A stretch of DNA of 63,923 nt, counting the filler, from Thraustochytrium aureum (lineage: Eukaryota), in NCBI GenBank assembly GCA_012862495.1. It is 5 parts of 5 records of this genome, joined end to end, with 100 filler letters (N's around TTAATTAATTAA, not from the genome) between each part and the next. Parts side by side here need not be neighbours in the genome. Positions count along the whole stretch, not along the records: positions 20,684 to 42,721 come from BLSG01000293.1; 4 more parts are not named here. One strand, written 5' to 3'. Positions 22,457-31,234 of the stretch are shown piece after piece. Position numbers and translations under genes: made by a program. The stretch's first letter is position 1, and every line of letters begins with the position of its first letter. The notes under the pieces are model-generated. The model was not told where the DNA came from, searched no databases, and was given only the letters and a program-made list of their open reading frames with translations.

Positions 22457-24830
22457 AACACCACACGGACCACTTCGTGATCGAGCACGGGTTCGCGATC
22501 AGGCGCGGCCAGCCGTTTGAGCTCGTCGTGGAGACCGACGCGGCGCTCGACCTGGCGAGCATGGGCTTGACCATGGTCAACGACAAGCCGAAAGAGTACA
22601 ACAGCGCCGAGTTCAAGGTGGACAAGGTGACCGCTGCTGGCGCGAACAAGTACACCGTGCAGGTGAGCACGGCGGTGGCCTCGCCGCTCGGCAAGTACGA
22701 GAACCTCGTCTTTCGCGTCGTGGTCGCGGGCGGCCACAAGGCAGGCGCCGAGTTCAAGTACGCCTCGCCCGTATACCTGCTGTTCAACCCCTGGCTGCCA
22801 GAGGACAAGCTGGTGTACATCCCCACGGAGGAGATGCGCCGCGAACACGTGCTGAGCGAGTACGGCAACGTGTTTTGCGGCTCGACCAACTCGTATGCGA
22901 CCACCAAGTGGTACTATGGCATCACAGACCAGGTCACGCTGGACGCCGTGTTCCACCTGCTCGAGCGCGCCAATCGCGCTCAGGCGCACGACGTTATCCA
23001 CGTCGTGCAGACCATGTCGCGCAACCAGGGCATGATGCGCAAAAAGGACGGCAGCGTCCTGGTCGGCACGGAGGAAGCGCTCTTGGAGGGAAACTGGGGC
23101 GACTTCCCCTTTGACGACGACAACGATCCCGAGATCTGGACATCCACGACCGACATCCTCAACCAGTGGAAAGCGACGGGCAAGCCGACCAAGTACGGCC
23201 AGTGCTGGATCTTCGGCGCCCTGCAGAACGCGCTCATGCGCACGGTCGGCGTCGGCTCTCGCCAACTCACCGCGTTCGGGGCCTGGATGGACAACTCGAA
23301 CCGCCGCGACAAGCACCACAAACTGCACCACGTCGCCGACGAGTATTACAACCTGAACGGGACCGCCATCTTCATCGAGTCGCAGGCCTGGAACTACCAC
23401 TCGTGGAACGACATTTGGCTCAACCGCAACTCGTCCGAGCTCTCGGGCTGGCAGAGCCTGGACGGGACCCCGCCCGGCAACATCGGGCCGGCGCCGGTCT
23501 CGGCGATCCACGACCTCGACGAGGTCCACCCGTTCAACGTGAGCGATGTCATCAGCACCGTGCATTCTACCTCGCGCAGCTTCCTGGTCAGCTGCAACCG
23601 CGACCACCACGCCGGCGAGAAGCTCAAGGGCTGCACGGTCGAAAAGCTGCTCAAGTACGACCACAGCGGCCTGCCGCTGCTGCTCACCTCGCGCACGGTC
23701 GAGAACGGCACGCTCGTCGAGCACGAGATCACTCGCGACTTTATCGACCCGGAGTCGGACGCGTTCATCCCCTTTGACGACAGCGACGCGCTGCCGGTCG
23801 CTGCGAGACGCCTCCGCGCGGCTGGCGAGCAGGGCGCAGAGCGCGCCACCGCCGCGTCGATGGCGCTCCGCTCGAACGCGCGCCTCAGGAGCCACGAGGG
23901 GGCGCTCGACGCTGTGCGCATCGTGCCTAGCACCTATGGCGTTATCGTGGGCTCGCCCGTGTCGGGGTTCATCGACATCGACACCACGCCCTTCAAGGAC
24001 GGCGAGAGCCTGCAGGTCAACATGATGTTTACGCTCGAGACGCGAACTGGCCACCAAGTGAAGCAGCTCATGGCCGTGTCGGAGCGCGTGCTCGTCAAAG
24101 CGCATCGCATCGAGGTTCCGTTCAGCGTGGACGCCAGCGCCTACTTGCAACGCGACCTGGCCGACGTCTTTGTGCGCATCGTNNNNNNNNNNNNNNNNNN
24201 NNNNNNNNNNNNNNNNNNNNNNNNNNNNNNNNNNNNNNNNNNNNNNNNNNNNNNNNNNNNNNNNNNNNNNNNNNNNNNNNNNNNNNNNNNNNNNNNNNNN
24301 NNNNNNNNNNNNNNNNNNNNNNNNNNNNNNNNNNNNNNNNNNNNNNNNNNNNNNNNNNNNNNNNNNNNNNNNNNNNNNNNNNNNNNNNNNNNNNNNNNNN
24401 NNNNNNNNNNNNNNNNNNNNNNNNNNNNNNNNNNNNNNNNNNNNNNNNNNNNNNNNNNNNNNNNNNNNNNNNNNNNNNNNNNNNNNNNNNNNNNNNNNNN
24501 NNNNNNNNNNNNNNNNNNNNNNNNNNNNNNNNNNNNNNNNNNNNNNNNNNNNNNNNNNNNNNNNNNNNNNNNNNNNNNNNNNNNNNNNNNNNNNNNNNNN
24601 NNNNNNNNNNNNNNNNNNNNNNNNNNNNNNNNNNNNNNNNNNNNNNNNNNNCGCAAGCCCATAGCCTCATCGAGGTGACGGCGGCGCCGACCAAGGGGCC
24701 GCAGCAGGAGCTTCCTGTGGTCGACCCGCGCGGGCCCGCGGCCGACAGCGACGAGGCCTTCGCTCGCCAAGGCGAGCCCGGGCCGATTGCCGAGATTGAC
24801 TTTCAAGGCGATTTCGAGGCGCTTGCCTGA
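22457..24830 (+). CDS. Protein-glutamine gamma-glutamyltransferase, animal TGM/Factor XIIIa type; start in N gap, internal gap
   Basis: IRRGQPF and YLLFNPW (N-terminal beta-sandwich), LLEGNW, KYGQCWIF (Cys codon 23203-23205), WNYHSWND (His 23398-23400), GWQSLDGTP (Asp 23461-23463). The post-gap frame QAHSLIEV...FEALA ends at TGA 24828-24830. Confidence 0.92.
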
Positions 24831-24970
24831 TCGTGCACGTGCTGCCTGAACTGATGCAGACAGGCGGACATGCGGGGGCTTGACTTTTTGCGCTGCTTCG
24901 GCACTGCCTGGTGGGAGTCATACCTATAAAACAACAACAAATCTGTGCTTGGACGTTTCTGGCCGAGTGA

Positions 24971-25075
24971 GAGCCACAGTCTGCCTGTTGATCGAAAACT
25001 ACTACTAGTAGTAGCCAAAGTCTCCTGTTGACCGTAAACCCCAGAGCCAAAGTCTGCCTGTTCCTGTTGAAACTA
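24971..25075. repeat. Three degenerate copies of AGCCAAAGTCTGCCTGTTGA with a perfect 16-bp palindrome between copies 1 and 2
   Basis: Copies near 24972, 25013 and 25045; CTACTACTAGTAGTAG at 24999-25014. Confidence 0.7.
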
Positions 25076-25181
25076 TTTTTATGATCGAACGATCGTGGAG
25101 CGGCAAGGAAGAGGGCCCACGAGTTCTACGTGGACGGCGTAGTACCCGCTAGCAAGCTCACCGCCAGAGAGCGCGATTTGC

Positions 25182-26213
25182 TCAGAGCTTGCTCATGGTA
25201 CGCATCACCGAGCGAGACCAGTCGCCGAGCATCGACGTCTCCTCGTTCATCTGCCGCACCTCTCCCTCAAGAGCGCCGCGCCGCTGCTCACAAGCTGCAT
25301 ACCCGGCGCGCAGCGAGGCCTCGACCTCTCTGACGACTTGTAGGGCAGTCGTGGCCTCGTCCAGGTTCCCGAGCGCCTCGCGCAACCTGGCCTTGAGGCC
25401 GTTGACCTCCTCCTCGAGCGAGGTGATTTTGCCCTTGGAGGTGGCGATTTCCGCGGCGTGCGCTTCCGCCATGGATTGCGACGCAGTGCGCTCACCTGCG
25501 AGCTGACTCTCCAGCTCCTTCCTGGCGGCTGCGAGGCTGGTGTCGGCGGCAGCCTGTGCCTCGCGCAGGTCCTCCTCAGCTAGACGGAGCTTGTCTTCTG
25601 TTTGGCGCAGCTTGGCGCGAAGCCGCGTTGTTTCGCCCGAGCTTGGCGCGCGACCGCCCGCTGCGCCCCGGCCCTCGGCCTCTTCGCTCAAGATCTGTAG
25701 CTCTTCCTCGTACTCGGTCAACTGGTGTTGCAAGAGCTCGCACTCGTCCTTCCACTCGTACAGGGCGTCGGTGGTCTCCTTCAGGAGCTCTTCGCGCTCG
25801 GCCTCCCGCGCTCGGAGTTGCTCGATCTCTCGCTCGAGGTCCGCCACGCGCGACTCCAAGCTCGATCCAGCGCGACCCCCGGCGCTCCCTTCCGTAGTTG
25901 GCAAGGTGGTCGAAGACGCGTGCTTTTGCTCGATGTAAGCCTTGTCTCTGGACGCGGCAGGGGCCGCCGCGCTCTTCCCCGCAAGCCGCGCCACATCTCG
26001 CTCGAGCTCTTCCATCCTCTTCGCGCCGTCTCGCGCAGTCTGCTCGAGCCTGGCGTTGTCCGCTCTTAGCCGCCGCACTTCCTCTCGCAGCCTCTGGCTT
26101 TGTGCGGCCTCAACAGCCATCTGGCTCTCCATCGCGCGCACAGCCTGCTCCTTGTCCTTCTGCACCATCGCGCAGAGCGCTTCGAGCTCCTCGATGCGCT
26201 TCGCATCACCCAT
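25182..26213 (-). CDS. Hypothetical coiled-coil protein (about 343 aa)
   Basis: ATG at 26213 (MGDAKRIEELEAL); E/R/L/A-rich heptads throughout; no family recognised. Confidence 0.75.
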   Translation of the reverse strand: MGDAKRIEELEALCAMVQKDKEQAVRAMESQMAVEAAQSQRLREEVRRLRADNARLEQTARDGAKRMEELERDVARLAGKSAAAPAASRDKAYIEQKHASSTTLPTTEGSAGGRAGSSLESRVADLEREIEQLRAREAEREELLKETTDALYEWKDECELLQHQLTEYEEELQILSEEAEGRGAAGGRAPSSGETTRLRAKLRQTEDKLRLAEEDLREAQAAADTSLAAARKELESQLAGERTASQSMAEAHAAEIATSKGKITSLEEEVNGLKARLREALGNLDEATTALQVVREVEASLRAGYAACEQRRGALEGEVRQMNEETSMLGDWSRSVMRTMSKL

Positions 26214-26335
26214 CCTGTCGAGCGCGCAGGCCGCCTTCAACACAAACCAAGTTGGCCAAGCGCCGTGCCGTCCTCCTTTTTCCAGCCCAGCCTGCTCCAG
26301 CAAGGTCCACCCAGGTCTACGCGGGCACAATCAGC

Positions 26336-26336
<1 letters not shown>

Positions 26337-26372
<36 letters not shown>

Positions 26373-26560
26373 CTTGCTTGCGTGCGTGCTTGCCTTGCCT
26401 GCCTGCGTGCCTGCCGAACGGTTTGTTTGCTCGGCCGCGCACCCGCCGGGACCTCCTCGAGCTGCTCGTCGCCTGCTGGTGCTGGTGCTGGCGCTGGTGG
26501 TGCTGGTGCTGGTGTTCGTGGTCTGCTGGTGCTGCTGGTCGTGGTGGTGGTCGTGGTGGC
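26337..26560. repeat. (CCTG)n followed by (GCTGGT)n/(GGT)n microsatellites
   Basis: Read directly, upstream of the coiled-coil gene. Confidence 0.8.
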
Positions 26561-27017
26561 GAGCGCCGATTGGCGGTCTGCGGGCGGGCCGAGTGGTTGT
26601 TGGATGGGGCCAGGGCTGTGGCGAGAGTGAGTGAGTGCGTGGGTATGTCCTATCAGAGGTGGTGGTGCGGAACGATCTGTTGGGTTGTGCGGGATGGTTC
26701 TGCGCCGCTGCGACGCGGAGCTCGAGCAGGAGATGAAGGACCTGCTGCGGGAGAGGCTGCTGGAGCGGGCTAGCGGGCCCTGGCGGTGCGCGTGAGCTGT
26801 GGGTGGTGGTCTCGCCGCTCGCGCACGTCGTTCCGATTCGCATGCCGGTTCTCATGCCGAGTATCGCGCAGGTCGCACGCCGATTCGCGACAAGGACGCT
26901 GCACCGCGTTGCCGAGTTGAGGCGATTGGTTTTCGAATTCGACTAACAAAAGTACCTTAGAGTAACGTGAAGCAGCCTCTAGGGGCCGCTGGTCGGCAGC
27001 AGCGAAGGCATCGGCGT

Positions 27018-30000
27018 CTACTTCTTGAAGGCCGAGCGAGACTTTTCAGGGTCGTTCGTGCGCTGACGCTTACGACTGCCGCCCCCCCTGGGCGGCTGCG
27101 CAATAGAGATCTTGAGCGGAAGACCCAGGACCTCCTCGCCATTGAGTCGGGACATGGCCAGCTTGGCCGCGGACTCTGACCTGTACTTTACAAAGGCGAA
27201 ACACTTGTCACGAAGCCTGCTGACGTACTCGAGCCCTGGTGCTGCCTCGCTGAAGCGCTTCCAGAGCGCCTCTTCCGGCAACGGCCGCCCGAATACCACA
27301 TACAGCCTCGACGTTTCGAGCGGCGCTGACTCGTCACCTTGCCTCCTTCGCGTGGGAGACCCCTCACCAGATCGAACCGACGCAGACGACGAGGCGACGG
27401 AGGTGGCCGAGGCAACGGAACCCGCCACTTGCGAAAGGGCCTCGCGGGACCGCCGAGCCCCGCGCTCTAGCGAAACTCCACGCGCGCCCCGCTCGAGCTG
27501 TGCGTGCGGCGGGGAGGGCGGCGAGGCCCCCCTGCCGCCCGACGGCACCAACGCGGAGGGAGGCGGCGTTGGGGGCGGCTGCATCAAGTGCGCGCTTGGC
27601 GGTGGCGTCGGCGGCGCATGGGCCTGCTGGGGCGACCCGTACCCAATATAAGGCGCGCCCCATGGCACATGGGGCGGATAGATCTGCTGCTGCGCCTGAT
27701 GCGAAGGGTGATAGTAGGGCGGCGGGGGCGCCCCCGGCGGTGGAGCAGGATGAGGCATCATCGCCCCAGGGCCTTGCGGGGGGCCATAGTGCTGGTAATA
27801 GTGCGAATGGTGCAACTGGCGCTGCAGGTGGAGCTCCGCTGCGGCGCCGTGCTGCCCTGGCCCGGTCGCGTAATACGGATGGTGCATGTGCATATGCTGA
27901 GCATGACCCTGATACGCCTGCGCATTGTGTGCTTGCACATGGCCCGAAACGCCAGCCTGCCCCTGATGCGCGACCATTTCGTGGTGCACAGCGATGTATG
28001 ACGGTGCATGCTGGGGGCTAGAGTCACTTGCCCCGACGTGATGCGCTGAAAACCCCACCGCGCTCTGGAAATTGTCCGCCAGTTGGTCGGCATTGTCCTC
28101 CGGCTCGTGGCGGCGGTAACCGGCCTTTCCATGCCGCGGGGACGCCAGCCTCCGTTGCTCGCGACGTTGGGTTTCCTTTTCAAGCTCGAGGTCGGCCTGG
28201 CGGCGCATTTCCGCGAGATTTGCCATCCGCTTCGACTGCGGCTGCTGCAACTGGGCGCCAGCGGCAGCTCCTGCTCGCTTCGAGGTCTTTGAAAGTGGCG
28301 AGGCGAGCGTTTCCAGGTCTGCAGCAGAATCGTGCAGCGCCGCCTCGTCAGGCCTTGAAACCGTTTCAGGAGGTCCTTGTAGCCGCAGCTGTTCGAGAGC
28401 TGCAGAAGTCGAGGCCTCTTCGTGACGTGCGCGGAGCCGGCCTCGGTCCGGGTCTTCCTCCTGAGCCCCAGTTCGGCGCTTCCGTGTCTGCTCAAACCAA
28501 GCAGGCGCTGAAAGCGTTGCCTCAAGCGCAGGGCCAACTGCGCCTTCGACCTTGACCCCGTGCAGAGCCGCGGCCACCTCGGCAGCATCGTCCTGCCTAG
28601 AAAACCACGCCACCGTAACAGCCAACTCTGGGTCTCCAGAGTCTTGCGTTTCCAAGAGGTCTGCCGCTGCGAGCGCGTCTAGGCCGCCGATGGCCGCATC
28701 GTCCGCGCCGTGGACAATGTAAACGGGCGTCCAGATCTTTTCCACCGCGTCACGCGCTCTCGTTGCGCTTCCTGCCGGTTTGGTCCGCTTGGACTTGGCT
28801 TCTGCCGACTCTGAAGTGGGAGCGCTAGACCCGTTTGAATCCTTTCGCGCGGGCGACTCGGGCCCTGCTGACACGCTTCGAGGCACGTTCTCCACCGTCG
28901 GCGAACTGGGCCGCGTGCGCTTATTGAGGGCCGGCGCGAGAGCCGAGTCGTCCTTGGACCGCACAGCCAGTCGGGACTCTGGCACGGGGGAGCCAGGCTC
29001 AGACGCTGCCTTCGGCCGGTCCTGAAGCCCGACCCGGGCGATGGGAACGGCCAAAGCGGACCCAAGGCCGCGCCGAGCGTGCACAGCGATGCCGTCGGGA
29101 GGCGGCTCGCTGTCACTACCGCGCTCGTGGTCCAGTAGGAGGTCGATAACGTGATGTACGCAGACAAGCTCGACGTCACCTGGCAAGCGCTGGCCGCGCT
29201 CGCGCCAGTCTTCGCAAGCCCGCGCAGCTTGCGAGGCCGCAGCAAAGCGCACTATGGCCCACTGCGCCTGCTCCGGCTCCTCCTGCCTCGCGTGGACAAA
29301 GTCGACCGAGACGATCGAGCCGCAGTGAGCAAAGCGCGCGTGCACAGCGTCCAGCGCAGCGATCTCCTCCTGCTGACCACTCACACCGCGCTCGCGCGGG
29401 CCTTGCGTTTCCAGAGCATCGGCGAGATCTGCTACGCTCCGCTCGAGAATGCCGAGGTCGAGGCCGCGCTCGCCTTTCAAGCTCCTGTGAGCAGAGTCCT
29501 CGTCACCTGCGCTGTGCTCCCCGGTGCGCTTTCTACATTGAACGAGCACAAGCGCGGCTTCTCGCCTCGAAGACGCGGCGGCGTCCAGCGAGCCCGGCAC
29601 CTCGCCCCATGCAACCCTGAGCTCGCTCACGCCGGGAATACTTGTTGCGTGGTCCAGGAGCTCGGCGGCACGCGCCGCCTCGCTCCTGCGGTCCATGATG
29701 GCGAGGGCGCACAATTGATTTTCTTCCTCCCAGCTCACGTCGACCGATACAGCGAGGCCGGCGTCAGCGAGGGCGCGCCAAATCGCCTTGCTCGCTGCAG
29801 CGTCGCTCTCCGCGCTTCTCTCGTCTTGGGCAGCAAGCACCCACACGTGGCACAGCTTGTCGCCAGCGTCCGAGCGCGGGCGTAGCTGGCGCGATTCGCA
29901 GCAGCCCAACTCGGCACAGTTCTCACCGGGCACCAAGCCTGCGTCAAGAGCTGCTTCTCCAGCCTCGCTTCCTCGAGCGTTCTCCTTGATCATGCCGCCG

Positions 30001-30494
30001 CCGCGTGGGCCTGCCTCTGCCGCGGCGGGGGTGATAAGAGGCTTCCCGTTGCTTGCGCTGACATTTGGCTCCGCGCTGTTGGCCGCGCTATCTGGATTCG
30101 CCGCTCGCTCTGCGAGGGGCACAACGGGCTCGCTCGGGATGCGCGAGTGCCGTGTGGCGGCAGCGACGCTGCTCTCGCGGGCACCGTCCGCTCTAGCAGC
30201 CTGCGGCTCGCTCCCGCGCCTGCCGCGCACTCTGCTCTGCTCTTGCCCGGTCTGGGCGCCAGGCCCTCTCCGAGCAGCCTTTGAGTGCAACCCCTTGCGA
30301 CCGAGTTTGACAGCGGCCTCCACTTCGGCCTCCTTCGTCGCGCTCTCCGACCCGCGCGCTCCCTCCGTGGCATCGGCAGCGATCCTGGCACCACGTCCTC
30401 CACCCGCAGGCCCAGCATCGACACCCTGGGCTGCACCGGCAGCGTGCAAGGCTGGCGCGACAACGGGAGCGCGAGGGGTGCCGCCGCGAGTCAT
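27018..30494 (-). CDS. RRM protein with RBM45-like C-terminus, degenerate upstream RRMs and a His/Gln/Pro/Tyr-rich region
   Basis: C-terminal RRM SRLYVVF...PGLEYV...KCFAFVKY...AMSRLNGEEVLGLPLKISIAQPP followed by KRQRT; RRM-like segments FAHCGSIVSV..WAIVRF and VAWFSRQDDAAEVAAALHG. Probable ATG at 30494. Confidence 0.75.
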   Translation of the reverse strand: MTRGGTPRAPVVAPALHAAGAAQGVDAGPAGGGRGARIAADATEGARGSESATKEAEVEAAVKLGRKGLHSKAARRGPGAQTGQEQSRVRGRRGSEPQAARADGARESSVAAATRHSRIPSEPVVPLAERAANPDSAANSAEPNVSASNGKPLITPAAAEAGPRGGGMIKENARGSEAGEAALDAGLVPGENCAELGCCESRQLRPRSDAGDKLCHVWVLAAQDERSAESDAAASKAIWRALADAGLAVSVDVSWEEENQLCALAIMDRRSEAARAAELLDHATSIPGVSELRVAWGEVPGSLDAAASSRREAALVLVQCRKRTGEHSAGDEDSAHRSLKGERGLDLGILERSVADLADALETQGPRERGVSGQQEEIAALDAVHARFAHCGSIVSVDFVHARQEEPEQAQWAIVRFAAASQAARACEDWRERGQRLPGDVELVCVHHVIDLLLDHERGSDSEPPPDGIAVHARRGLGSALAVPIARVGLQDRPKAASEPGSPVPESRLAVRSKDDSALAPALNKRTRPSSPTVENVPRSVSAGPESPARKDSNGSSAPTSESAEAKSKRTKPAGSATRARDAVEKIWTPVYIVHGADDAAIGGLDALAAADLLETQDSGDPELAVTVAWFSRQDDAAEVAAALHGVKVEGAVGPALEATLSAPAWFEQTRKRRTGAQEEDPDRGRLRARHEEASTSAALEQLRLQGPPETVSRPDEAALHDSAADLETLASPLSKTSKRAGAAAGAQLQQPQSKRMANLAEMRRQADLELEKETQRREQRRLASPRHGKAGYRRHEPEDNADQLADNFQSAVGFSAHHVGASDSSPQHAPSYIAVHHEMVAHQGQAGVSGHVQAHNAQAYQGHAQHMHMHHPYYATGPGQHGAAAELHLQRQLHHSHYYQHYGPPQGPGAMMPHPAPPPGAPPPPYYHPSHQAQQQIYPPHVPWGAPYIGYGSPQQAHAPPTPPPSAHLMQPPPTPPPSALVPSGGRGASPPSPPHAQLERGARGVSLERGARRSREALSQVAGSVASATSVASSSASVRSGEGSPTRRRQGDESAPLETSRLYVVFGRPLPEEALWKRFSEAAPGLEYVSRLRDKCFAFVKYRSESAAKLAMSRLNGEEVLGLPLKISIAQPPRGGGSRKRQRTNDPEKSRSAFKK

Positions 30495-30749
30495 CGCAGT
30501 CGGGCGACGGCGCCACTCACATGGACACACGCGCCACGCAACGGGCAGCGGCAGCAGGACGCCAGCCACCACAAGCGCGGCTCGCCAAAGGCCGACTCGA
30601 GCACGGACGCGGCCCGCACTGCGCCGCCGCGCCGCCTCTCCGCCCGCGAACGATCGGGCTCTGCCTCCCGCGAGTCCTCCGTTCAGAGTCTCCCTCGCCC
30701 CTCCTTCTTCCCTCACCACTTCAATCGCTGCGATCCCGATTGTAATCGA

Positions 30750-31000
30750 TTATTGACCGCGCACGTGTTTCGCTTCTCATTCTTGAATCCCAATACAAAG
30801 CGCTGCTTGAAGAGAACAAAGGAACGCGCGTGGCGAACCACGGGATATCTTTACAATTCACTTTAACAAGAGCAGGGAGTTCATAATGCCATTACATAAA
30901 GCAAACTGAAAACATGTTTAAACAAATTTGAAACTAAAAAAGGTAGTTTATCCGACTTGCATTTAATAGAGGGTAAGGTATTATAGCGGATAGTGTAGCC
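30750..31000. promoter_or_regulatory. AT-rich island between divergent genes (putative bidirectional promoter)
   Basis: Strong local AT enrichment between ATGs at 30494(-) and 31235(+). Function is inferred. Confidence 0.45.
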
Positions 31001-31234
31001 GTTGCCGTCCCGCGATGATCGCGCCAGGCGCAGCGAGCAGTGCCCGAGCAGAAGCCGCGGTGGAGCGCTTGCGCTGCGGGTTTGGATTCTTGGCGATACG
31101 CGGGCTGGCCGGGGGATTCGTCTCGGTCTCGGCTGCTGGTCTGACGGCTCTGTGCCCTCACGTAGAGGTCCGTGGCCTCGTGCGCGCACGGCGCTTGCCT
31201 CGCTGTGGTTCGGATCTCCCTCCACGCTCGGGCG

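Noticed and set aside
21790..24150. 786-aa antisense ORF over the transglutaminase, and similar long shadow ORFs elsewhere
   Set aside because: These are expected from high third-position GC and N-run read-through, and they show no protein-like motifs.
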